Assembly: GCA_014801955.1 (NCBI GenBank)
Contig: JAAVDE010000037.1
Location: 549 to 64,548 of the forward strand
Length of the DNA: 64,000 nucleotides
Direction of reading: 5' to 3'
From: Bacteroides sp.
GTDB lineage: Bacteria > Bacteroidota > Bacteroidia > Bacteroidales > Muribaculaceae
The translations under genes and the position numbers were made by a program. The notes beneath the pieces are model-generated. The model was not told the origin of the DNA. It did not search any database and saw only the letters and a list, made by a program, of their open reading frames with translations. Every line of letters starts with the position of its first letter. The first letter of the stretch is position 1. Of this stretch, positions 9,527-17,275 are shown one piece after another.

Positions 9527-10039
9527 TTAAAGTTCGAGCAGGCCGCGGGGGAGGTCGAGGTCAACGGTCAGGGCGTCGGAGTCGATTGAGCGGATAAAGT
9601 CGTCGACGGCGGGAATCAGCCGTCCGTCAACGCTGAAATACCATGAGCCGGGAGTCAGTTCAACCAGGTCGTCGACGCGCCCGATGGGGCCGTCGGCAGT
9701 CAGCAGGGTGTAGCCGACCAGGTCGCCGGCGGTCATGTCGCCGCTGACCTCCGAGGGGTCGGCATAGACGTAGATTTGGTGGCCGACCAGGGCTGCGGCG
9801 TCGGAGTCGGAGTCAACGTCGTCGAGGGTCAGCAAAACGGAGTCGGCGCCGCGCGAACGGCAGCCGCCAACGAAGAAGGGCACGTCGAGCCCTTCGATTT
9901 CAAAAATTACGCAGGCGCCGACGGCAAAATCGTCGGCGGGTTCGGCCATGTCGGTGAGCTCAACGTTGAGCTCGCCTTTGATACCGTGGGTTTTCAAAAC
10001 GGTTCCTACGGCCAGTTTTATTTTTCCGGGAGCGAGCAT
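9527..10039 (-). CDS. rimM: 16S rRNA processing protein RimM
   Basis: KLAVGTVLKTHGIKGELNVE (RimM N-terminal beta-barrel) plus a PRC-barrel-like C-terminus. Confidence 0.85.
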   Translation of the reverse strand: MLAPGKIKLAVGTVLKTHGIKGELNVELTDMAEPADDFAVGACVIFEIEGLDVPFFVGGCRSRGADSVLLTLDDVDSDSDAAALVGHQIYVYADPSEVSGDMTAGDLVGYTLLTADGPIGRVDDLVELTPGSWYFSVDGRLIPAVDDFIRSIDSDALTVDLDLPRGLLEL

Positions 10040-10647
10040 CAGCGACGGCGGCGTTTCTTTTTGCGCGGTTGGTTGATTGCCGGAGCTTCGGCGGCGAAGT
10101 CCATCCGGGGCAGGGGCATCGACTCGGAGTCAATCAGAATGTGGCCCTCGGAGAGTTCGGCCAGGTCGTCGTAGACGCGCTTATCCGATGCGGCCTCGGG
10201 GTTTTCGGCAATGAGAAGTTTTTTCATCTGGCAGGCCAGCAGGTAAACGAACTCGTCGCGGTCGGGGTTGGCGGGGTCCATGGCAATGGCCGTGTCGATG
10301 AGCTTGATGATGTTGATGCCGTAGACGCGTTTCGGAATCACGCTCTGCGGCAGAGGCAGCGTGTCGGGGCGGGTGCGCAGGGTTTCGGCTGTGATGACCG
10401 GCACGGGCCAGTCAATGTCGAGCTTGAAGCCGGCCATTATTGCCAGGTGGTCCCAGAGTTTGGCACGCCACTCGGGGTTGGTTCGCTGCTGGGGGTGGAG
10501 GCGGCAGATGGTGTCGATAATCGCGCGAGCGCAAGCGTTGCGCTCGTCGCGATTTTCGAGTGTCAGACAGTAGTCAACCATCTGCTGGACGTTGCGCCCG
10601 TATTCGGGCATGGCCAGCGTTGAGTGATGGGTGTTGTATTGCAGCAT
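10039..10647 (-). CDS. DUF4290 domain-containing protein
   Basis: LAMPEYGRNVQQMVDYCLTLENRDERNACARAII matches the conserved DUF4290 N-terminus as I recall it. There is a 1-nt overlap with the rimM start. Confidence 0.7.
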   Translation of the reverse strand: MLQYNTHHSTLAMPEYGRNVQQMVDYCLTLENRDERNACARAIIDTICRLHPQQRTNPEWRAKLWDHLAIMAGFKLDIDWPVPVITAETLRTRPDTLPLPQSVIPKRVYGINIIKLIDTAIAMDPANPDRDEFVYLLACQMKKLLIAENPEAASDKRVYDDLAELSEGHILIDSESMPLPRMDFAAEAPAINQPRKKKRRRR

Positions 10648-10656
10648 AGTTGGGGA

Positions 10657-11403
10657 TTACATGTTCATGCCGCCGTCGACCTGGATAACCTGGCCGGTAA
10701 CGTAGCTCGACATGTCGGATGCCAGGAAGGTGGCAACGTCGGCGATGTCTTCGGGCTTGCCGCCGCGGCGCAGGGGAATTTTGGTACACCATTCCTGACG
10801 AACGGCTTCGGGCAGGGCGGCAGTCATTGCGGTTTCAATGAAGCCGGGGGCGATTGCGTTGGCGCGGATGCCGCGGCTGCCTACTTCCTGGGCGATAGAC
10901 TTGGCCAGGGCAATGAGGCCGGCCTTCGACGAAGCGTAGTTGCACTGGCCTGCGTTGCCGTGAACGCCAACGACCGATGCCATGTTGATAATCGAGCCGC
11001 CGCGCTGTTTCATCATAACGGGAACTACGGCCTTGCAGAAGTTGAAGGCGCTTTTGAGGTTAACGGTGATAACGGCGTCCCACTGCTGCTCGGTCATGCG
11101 CATCAGCAGGCCGTCCTTGGTAATGCCGGCATTGTTGACCAGAATGTCGATGCGGCCGAAATCCTTAACGACCTGACCAACGACCTGCTGGGTCTGCTCG
11201 TAGTCGGCGGCGTTGGAAGCGTAGGCTTCAACCTTAACGCCGAGGGCAGCGATTTCAGCTTTGGTAGCTTCGCCGTTTTCGTCGATAACGAGGTCGGTGA
11301 AAGCGATATTGGCGCCCTCCTGGGCGAAACGAACGGCCAGAGCCTTGCCGATGCCGCGGGCGGCGCCGGTGATAAGAGCGGTTTTTCCTTCGAGAAGTTT
11401 CAT
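10657..11403 (-). CDS. fabG: 3-oxoacyl-[ACP] reductase FabG
   Basis: The SDR motif TGAARGIGKA, the NNAGI motif and the YASSKAG catalytic motif are present. Length is 248 aa. Confidence 0.9.
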   Translation of the reverse strand: MKLLEGKTALITGAARGIGKALAVRFAQEGANIAFTDLVIDENGEATKAEIAALGVKVEAYASNAADYEQTQQVVGQVVKDFGRIDILVNNAGITKDGLLMRMTEQQWDAVITVNLKSAFNFCKAVVPVMMKQRGGSIINMASVVGVHGNAGQCNYASSKAGLIALAKSIAQEVGSRGIRANAIAPGFIETAMTAALPEAVRQEWCTKIPLRRGGKPEDIADVATFLASDMSSYVTGQVIQVDGGMNM

Positions 11404-11414
11404 GTTTTGGAGAA

Positions 11415-12038
11415 TTATGGGTTTAATGTTGATGAATTAGTTGCTTGGGATGGGTTGGCGGCGCCGGCGCGCAGGCCGTCGATTATGAAGTCGATGCTTT
11501 CGCGGTGCCAGCGGTCAAATTTTTCCTGCTCGGCCTGACACATCATAGTCCAGTCCGTTCCGCGGATCAGCATTGTCAGCGCCGAATTGGTGCGTGCGGC
11601 CTGAACCGGGTTGAACTCGCCGGAGGCAACGCCGCGCCCCAGGATTTCATTGATCAGGCAGTAGAGGCGGCCGGTAACCATCTGGCGGATTGCCAGCGAG
11701 CGCTTAACGTTTGGCGTAAACAGCGATTTATACCAGACCTCATAGTGGCTGGCCTGGGTGCGGGCAATGTTGATTCGGAAATCTATCAGGGCCCGGAGCT
11801 GAGCCGTAGCGTCGGTTTGGGCGGCGATAGCGTTTTCCAGGTCGCTGAGAATCTTTTGGGCCTCGTTGCCGACCACGGCCTCGAAAATCTCGTTTTTCGT
11901 GCGGAAATAGGTGTAGATAGTGCGGCGTCCGCGGTCAGAGGCGGTCGCAATGTCGTTCATCGTTGTCTTTTCAATTCCTTGGCGGAGAAAGAGTTGACGA
12001 GCAACGTCGATTAATCGTTCGCGAGTTCGTGAGGCCAT
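11415..12038 (-). CDS. TetR/AcrR family transcriptional regulator
   Basis: N-terminal HTH RERLIDVARQLFLRQGIEKTTMNDIATASDRGRRTIYTYF. ATG 12038 is chosen because the TTG at 12050 lies inside the TAAATTTG -7 box (12048-12055). Confidence 0.85.
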   Translation of the reverse strand: MASRTRERLIDVARQLFLRQGIEKTTMNDIATASDRGRRTIYTYFRTKNEIFEAVVGNEAQKILSDLENAIAAQTDATAQLRALIDFRINIARTQASHYEVWYKSLFTPNVKRSLAIRQMVTGRLYCLINEILGRGVASGEFNPVQAARTNSALTMLIRGTDWTMMCQAEQEKFDRWHRESIDFIIDGLRAGAANPSQATNSSTLNP

Positions 12039-12091
12039 TTCCAACCGCAAATTTACTAAAATTCTTTCAATCTCGCAACTGCGTGAGTTGA

Positions 12092-12751
12092 CTACGTCAG
12101 GTTAATAACGTTGGTTTCAAACAGTTGGAACCCCATTCGGGCAATGGATTGATTTGCAACGGGAACGGGGTCGGGCAGAATCTGATATGGCATCATGAAG
12201 GCCGCGCCCATGTCCAGGGGTGTTTGGAGTTCGATGCAGCCTTTGGCTGATATGTAGCCCACTCTGTTGGCGAAGCCGGCAATGTATTCCTTAACGGAGG
12301 GGATGGTGAAGAAAAATCGGAGGGTATTGAGGATTTGGGTAACGGCTTTGTGGCGTTTGCTGCCGATGTGGCCAGTCGATAGTTCGTGGACTATGAAATA
12401 GCTATGGTCGCCGGATTCTTCAGGCGTGTAAACAATAAAGTCCGGGCGACTCATGCCTTGCGCCCAATCTCCCTCGGCTATGCGAAATTGATTGAGGTAT
12501 TCTTCGTATCGGATGAAGCGCAGCGTTAGCCCTGACATATTGATACCTGACCTATTGATATACGTTGCATCGCCGTTGCCTGTCGGACGTTTCGCCGAGC
12601 CTCCGATTCCCTTAACGTCAATAATGTCGAAGGTGGTATCGTTAATGTCTTCAAAGGGTACTACGGCCTGATTCGGGAATGCATATTCCAGCTTTCCGGA
12701 ACGTTGGGCGTTGATAGCGTCAACTACGTCGTTTTGCAGCAGTCCGATCAT
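12092..12751 (-). CDS. Hypothetical protein with a possible PD-(D/E)xK nuclease-like core, partner of the upstream ATPase
   Basis: The motif string is E83/E84 ... RPD104FIVY ... YFIVHE123LSTGHIGSK132RHK135AVTQIL. The start overlaps the ATPase stop (TGATG). The region is low GC. Confidence 0.45.
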   Translation of the reverse strand: MIGLLQNDVVDAINAQRSGKLEYAFPNQAVVPFEDINDTTFDIIDVKGIGGSAKRPTGNGDATYINRSGINMSGLTLRFIRYEEYLNQFRIAEGDWAQGMSRPDFIVYTPEESGDHSYFIVHELSTGHIGSKRHKAVTQILNTLRFFFTIPSVKEYIAGFANRVGYISAKGCIELQTPLDMGAAFMMPYQILPDPVPVANQSIARMGFQLFETNVINLT

Positions 12752-13899
12752 CAGTGCTTCAGTGAATTATATTCCCGGTAAATCTGCGCTATCGGATCGG
12801 ACAGAGCGGTGGCATTGATGAGTGCATCGCCGTTGCTGACGATGTTGAGTTGCGTGAGCGTCCCTCCGTCAACCAAATATGCGTCGATATTTTCGGAACT
12901 CAACTGCGTCCGTTCTTCGATGTTGTTGCTGCTGCGTGCGATTAGTAGATTCAGGTAATTGAGAATATATGGACTGTGGGTTGCTATCATAAGCGACATT
13001 TGGTAGGGGTGTTCCATTGCGAAACATCTGTTTACCAAAAAATCCATCAGTCGGGTTTGATTGTCGGGATAGAGGCTTAGTTCCGGCTCCTCGATGAAAA
13101 TGTGGACGCGCCGGTTTGGAAATTCGCCGACGTTCATGCCCGCACGAAAGTTTTTCAGGTCATCGTTGTCGGTAAAATACTTGAAGAGGGCACTGTTGAG
13201 CGAATCTTCCAAATTATAGTGCATTGCATAGTACTGGATAATAACGCTCAGCGGGGTGGCCGTTTGCATGCCTGAAGAGGCATTGCGCAAGTTGATATTG
13301 AAACTACCATCAGTTCCGCGACCAATTATGCGGCATTGAGGTCCGGCATTTTTGCTTTTTTCAACCTTCAGGTCAACGTCGAGAAAGTCAAGCGATAACT
13401 CTGCTACGGACTTCAATGCCGTTCTGAAGTTTTCGAGAGTGTCCTGGAGATAGAAATTGTCGCGGTGGCGGTCAATGCTGCTCGATAGAATATCGGGAAT
13501 AATAGAGCGTTTGTCGCTGATGAAGCAGATTTTTTCGAGGCTAAGGTCGTTGGGCGCAATTTCGCTGACGTTGACGCGCGTTGTTCGCCGCTCAAGTTTG
13601 ATTTCGTATTTTCCGTTGCGGTAAACTATCTTTGAATCATCTTTGAGATACTCAGCCATACCGGAGGTTTTTAGCAGAGGGAGGGTCTTGAAGCCAATGC
13701 GGGTGTTGCGTATGCCTGAGTGCTTGATAAAGGAGCGGAGATTCACGCGCTTATACATCCAGCGAAACAACGATAGAACTTTCATTATCGTGCTCTTACC
13801 GCTGCCTGATTCTCCGATCAATACCGTTAAAGGCCTTATGTCGGCCAGCTCGGCATAGTCTATTGGACCAAAATTTTCGATTTTAAGATATTCTGCCAT
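12751..13899 (-). CDS. ABC-type (AAA_15/AAA_21-like) ATPase
   Basis: Walker A GESGSGKST, signature ASSGMQ, Walker B HIFIEEPELSLYP and H-loop ATHSP. The start is set at ATG 13899 (MAEYLKIENFGP) because the TTG at 13923 lies upstream of the predicted transcription start of the TACCTTTG box (13929-13936). Confidence 0.75.
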   Translation of the reverse strand: MAEYLKIENFGPIDYAELADIRPLTVLIGESGSGKSTIMKVLSLFRWMYKRVNLRSFIKHSGIRNTRIGFKTLPLLKTSGMAEYLKDDSKIVYRNGKYEIKLERRTTRVNVSEIAPNDLSLEKICFISDKRSIIPDILSSSIDRHRDNFYLQDTLENFRTALKSVAELSLDFLDVDLKVEKSKNAGPQCRIIGRGTDGSFNINLRNASSGMQTATPLSVIIQYYAMHYNLEDSLNSALFKYFTDNDDLKNFRAGMNVGEFPNRRVHIFIEEPELSLYPDNQTRLMDFLVNRCFAMEHPYQMSLMIATHSPYILNYLNLLIARSSNNIEERTQLSSENIDAYLVDGGTLTQLNIVSNGDALINATALSDPIAQIYREYNSLKH

Positions 13900-13928
13900 A
13901 AATAAACTTGGATAATTGCTCAATAGCG

Positions 13929-13936
13929 CAAAGGTA
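13929..13936 (-). promoter_or_regulatory. Bacteroidota -7 promoter box (TACCTTTG) for the ATPase/partner pair
   Basis: Exact TAnnTTTG match, about 30 nt upstream of ATG 13899 and immediately downstream of the preceding terminator. Confidence 0.55.
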
Positions 13937-13937
13937 G

Positions 13938-13966
13938 AAAAAAAATCTGAGATTTCGGGAAATCTC
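13938..13966 (-). terminator. Rho-independent terminator of the upstream flippase-like gene
   Basis: On the minus strand: GAGATTT-CCCG-AAATCTC hairpin, then AGA, then T8. Confidence 0.7.
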
Positions 13967-14007
13967 TTGCCGTAAAGAGAAAAAATAGTGGCCGGACTGC
14001 GGGTTGG

Positions 14008-14973
14008 TTAGCGGGAGCTGAGGAGGAGGTGGAGGAAGGTGTAGAGGCCCAGGAGGATGTTTAGCAGGGTGTTGGCGCCGAGGTTGAGGGTGGCGAAGAC
14101 CAGGGCAACGGGCTGGGGAATGTCGTAGAGGCCGCTCAGGGCGAGGATTACGGCGTATTGCCAGGGACCGATGCCGCCGTTGCTGGGAATGGCCATTGCC
14201 AGGGAGCCGAAAACGAAGGTTAGCATAACGGCGCCGGGTCCCAGATGGGCCGTTGGCGGAAAGGCGGCCATCGAGAGGGCCATTGAGGCGATGTAGCCGC
14301 CCCAGATTCCGAGGGTGAGCAGCAGCCACAGGCCTTTGCGGGGCATGCTGAAAATCAGGATGAATCCGCGCCAGGTTTTTAGCAGGAATTGGCGGATTCG
14401 GCGGCTAAAGGGGTCGTTGGCGAGGGCCAGGTAGAGCGCGGCGGCGGCAATCAGGGCCACTCCGACCCAAAGGATAGTGGCGCCGGGCAGCCCGCCGGCG
14501 GGTGCAGCGGCGCCGATAAAGCGGCTCATCGCTCCGGCCGAGAGCGATAGGGCGGTCAGCGAAATGAGGCCGACCATGAGCGTGTCGGCCAGGCGGTCGG
14601 CGACCATAGTGCCGAACACCGACGAGAACTCGGCGCCGGCAGTGCGCGAAATGTAGGCGCAGCGCCAGAACTCGCCCAGGCGGGGAAACACGAGGTTGAC
14701 GGCGTAGGTGCCGAAAATTGAGCGGCTCATCACGCCCAGTCCCGGGTTAACCCCGGCGGCGCGCAGCTGCAGGCGCCAGCGCAGGCCGCGACATATCATT
14801 GCCGCGACGTTGGCCAGCAGGAAGAGCACGACCGGCAGCGGAGAGCATTGGCGGGCGCCGTTGAGAAGGGCGCCCAGGTCGAGGTCGGCATATAAAACGC
14901 GACATAACCCCACGGTGATTACCGGTGGGATTATGTACGACAGGATTTTTTTTAGCGGGAGTTTAGTCTTCAA
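14008..14973 (-). CDS. Flippase-like / lysylphosphatidylglycerol-synthase TM-region (UPF0104) membrane protein
   Basis: Polytopic membrane protein with an MprF-C/UPF0104-like pattern (RGLRWRLQL, FGTMVADRLADT). No ATG is available downstream of the lpxA stop. The proposed start is the TTG at 14973 (MKTKLPLKKILSYII), which overlaps the lpxA stop. Confidence 0.6.
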   Translation of the reverse strand: MKTKLPLKKILSYIIPPVITVGLCRVLYADLDLGALLNGARQCSPLPVVLFLLANVAAMICRGLRWRLQLRAAGVNPGLGVMSRSIFGTYAVNLVFPRLGEFWRCAYISRTAGAEFSSVFGTMVADRLADTLMVGLISLTALSLSAGAMSRFIGAAAPAGGLPGATILWVGVALIAAAALYLALANDPFSRRIRQFLLKTWRGFILIFSMPRKGLWLLLTLGIWGGYIASMALSMAAFPPTAHLGPGAVMLTFVFGSLAMAIPSNGGIGPWQYAVILALSGLYDIPQPVALVFATLNLGANTLLNILLGLYTFLHLLLSSR

Positions 14974-15754
14974 CAACGTCGAGATGGGCGCCAACAACGC
15001 GGAGGTTGTTTTCGCGGATAAAGTTGAGAATGGCGTCGCGGTTCTCGCCGGGGTTAACGTCGGCTTCGATGCGCTTGAGGGCGTTGAAAACCGAGGTGCC
15101 CGATTGGTAGAGGTGGCGGTAGGCCTTGGCGATGTCGTCGATTTCATCGTCGGAGAAGCCGTGTTTCTTCATAATCCAGGCATTGATGCCGAAGAATTCC
15201 GCGGGGTTGTGGGCGATGATAACGAACGGGGGCACGTTTGAGCCGATTCGGCAGCCACCTTTAACGACAGCCCATTTGCCAACGTGGCTGCGTTCGTGGA
15301 GAATCACGTTGGAGGAGAGGATGGAGCAGGTGTCAACGACTACGTCGCCGGCCAGGGTTGCGCCGTTGCCAACAACGACCTTGTCGCCGATAACGGTGTC
15401 GTGGCCGATGTGGCTCTTGGCCATGATGAAGCAGTCGGAGCCGATGCGGGTGCCGTTTTCGGGGGTAATGCCGCGGTTGATGATAACGTTTTCGCGGATA
15501 ACGGTGTTGTCGCCAACGTAGCAGAAGGTTTTTTCGCCTTTCCAGCGGAAGTCCTGGGGGTCGGCGCCGACGATGGCATATTGGTAGACTTTGCAGTTTT
15601 TGCCGATGCGGGTGCCGGCCATTATGCTGGCATAGGGCATAACAACGGTGTTGTCGCCGATTTCAACGTCGGCATCAATGAAGGCAAAGGGGCTGATGGT
15701 AACGTTGTTGCCGATTTTTGCGGCGGGGTCAACGTGGGCTTTGTCGGAAATCAT
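14963..15754 (-). CDS. lpxA: Acyl-ACP--UDP-N-acetylglucosamine O-acyltransferase LpxA
   Basis: Left-handed beta-helix hexapeptide repeats (IGNNVTISPFAFIDADVEIGDNTVV...) and an LpxA C-terminal helical domain. Length is 263 aa. Confidence 0.9.
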   Translation of the reverse strand: MISDKAHVDPAAKIGNNVTISPFAFIDADVEIGDNTVVMPYASIMAGTRIGKNCKVYQYAIVGADPQDFRWKGEKTFCYVGDNTVIRENVIINRGITPENGTRIGSDCFIMAKSHIGHDTVIGDKVVVGNGATLAGDVVVDTCSILSSNVILHERSHVGKWAVVKGGCRIGSNVPPFVIIAHNPAEFFGINAWIMKKHGFSDDEIDDIAKAYRHLYQSGTSVFNALKRIEADVNPGENRDAILNFIRENNLRVVGAHLDVVED

Positions 15755-15758
15755 TTCG

Positions 15759-15865
15759 GTAATTAGTTATGGTTAATTAGTAATTAGTAATTTCTGCAAT
15801 CGATAATCGGTAGCCGGCACTGTAATTGCCGATTACTGATTACCGATTGCCAATTGCTAATTGAT
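15759..15865. repeat. AT-rich heptamer array (TAATTAG and degenerate YYRATTR units) filling the TolC-like/lpxA intergenic gap
   Basis: GTAATTAG at 15759-15766. TTAATTAGTAATTAGTAATTT at 15773-15793. Six degenerate heptads CCGATTA CTGATTA CCGATTG CCAATTG CTAATTG at about 15822-15865. Confidence 0.8.
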
Positions 15866-17266
15866 TCAGCGGCCTCCGCCGAGCGACTGATAGAGGTTGA
15901 TGACTGCGCGCGAGCGGGCGAGCTGGCAGTTGATGAAGTTCATTTGGCTGCCCAGGAGGTTCTGTTGCGCGGTGATGACCTCGAGATAGGTCGTGTTGTA
16001 GTTCGTGGCCGAGTTGAGGAAGAGGGTTTCGGTGATGTCAACGGCGCGGGTCATGTGGTCAATCTGCGCCGACAGGTGTTTTTCCTTTTCCAGAGCGTTG
16101 GTGTAGGTAACGAGCGCGCTGCCGATTTCGCCAGAGGCCTTCATCAGAGTGTACTCAAACGTGTTGAGGCTCTGTTGCTGCTGGGCCTTGGTTGCCTTGA
16201 GTCGGGCAATGTTCTGGCCGCGGGCAAAGAGCGGAGCGGTCAGCTGGGCGCCGAGGTTGAGGAACCATTCGCCGGGGTTGAAAATCATGCCGCCCAGCGA
16301 GTTGGTGAAGCCGCCGGTGGGAGAGATCGACAGCGACGGATAGAAGGCGGCGCGGGCCGAGTTGGTGGCGTAGTAGGCAATGGCCAGCTGGCGTTCCTGG
16401 GCGCGCACGTCGGGGCGGTTGGCCAGGGCAACCATCGGCACTCCGGCATTGAACTCGGCGGGGAGCTCGATGCTCAGGCCGGCGGGAATGGCCCAGGTCT
16501 GGGGCATTTCGCCGAGCAGCAGCGACATGGTCGTGTTCATTTCGTGGAGGTTGGTTTCCAGGTCGGCGATGGAGGCGAGGATGCTTTCATATTGCGCCTG
16601 GCTTTGAACAACGGCGGCTGCCGTTGTGTTGCCGGCTTCCCAAACGGCCTTCATCATGTCGATTGTCTTGGCCCAGTTGGCGGCGGTTTCGCGCTGGAGG
16701 TCGAGCTGGGTTTCCAGGGCGGAGATGGCATAGTAGCTGTTGGCCACGGCGCCGATAATCTGCGATTTAACGGCCTGCTCGTAGTCGAGGCTCATGCGAT
16801 ATGCTTCCTCGGCGGAGCGTTTGTTGTTGAGGATTTTGCCGAACACGTCGATTTCCCAGCTGACGCTCAGCGGAATCTGGTAGGTCCAGCTCATCGAGGC
16901 GTTGGGCAGCGAGGTCGTCGAGCCGGCGCCGTTGGGAGCCAGTGCAACCGAGGGGAGGTAGCTCAGGCGGGCGCCGAGCATGTTGGCGTGGGCAACGTCG
17001 ATGTTGAGCTTGGCGTTCTTCAGGTCGGTGTTGTTCTGCAGCGCCTTGTTAATCATGTCGGCGAGCACCGGGTCGGTGAATACCTGCTGCCAGGGCAGGT
17101 TGCCCAGGGCTGTCGAATCGACCTCCTGGGCCTTGGCCTGAACATAGTCAGCGCCGAGGGCCGATTCGGAGGGCATTTCGAACTTCTTATAGATATGGCA
17201 GCTGGTGGCAGTGGCCGCCAGGGCCACTGTCAGGGTGAATGCTGCGAATTTATTCAGAGTTTTCAT
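15866..17266 (-). CDS. TolC/NodT-family outer-membrane efflux lipoprotein
   Basis: Lipoprotein signal LAATATSC, then two OEP repeats. It is the last gene of the adaptor-RND-OMF operon. Confidence 0.88.
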   Translation of the reverse strand: MKTLNKFAAFTLTVALAATATSCHIYKKFEMPSESALGADYVQAKAQEVDSTALGNLPWQQVFTDPVLADMINKALQNNTDLKNAKLNIDVAHANMLGARLSYLPSVALAPNGAGSTTSLPNASMSWTYQIPLSVSWEIDVFGKILNNKRSAEEAYRMSLDYEQAVKSQIIGAVANSYYAISALETQLDLQRETAANWAKTIDMMKAVWEAGNTTAAAVVQSQAQYESILASIADLETNLHEMNTTMSLLLGEMPQTWAIPAGLSIELPAEFNAGVPMVALANRPDVRAQERQLAIAYYATNSARAAFYPSLSISPTGGFTNSLGGMIFNPGEWFLNLGAQLTAPLFARGQNIARLKATKAQQQQSLNTFEYTLMKASGEIGSALVTYTNALEKEKHLSAQIDHMTRAVDITETLFLNSATNYNTTYLEVITAQQNLLGSQMNFINCQLARSRAVINLYQSLGGGR

Positions 17267-17275
17267 TGTTGGAGA

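Noticed and set aside
14974-15147. The N-terminal ~58 codons of the tabulated 379-aa ORF (14008-15147), a Thr/Ser/Pro-rich extension overlapping lpxA.
   Set aside because: The extension lies entirely inside the lpxA coding sequence in another frame and is low-complexity. A TTG at 14973 gives a normal MKTKLPLKK... N-terminus for the membrane protein.
15759-15865. The heptamer arrays (also at 24745-24775, 41726-41760 and 50846-50880) as CRISPR arrays or transposon ends.
   Set aside because: The period is 7 nt with no spacers, and total lengths are 15-100 nt. There are no cas or transposase genes and no inverted-repeat pairing between distant copies. They are microsatellite-like, not CRISPR or IS elements.
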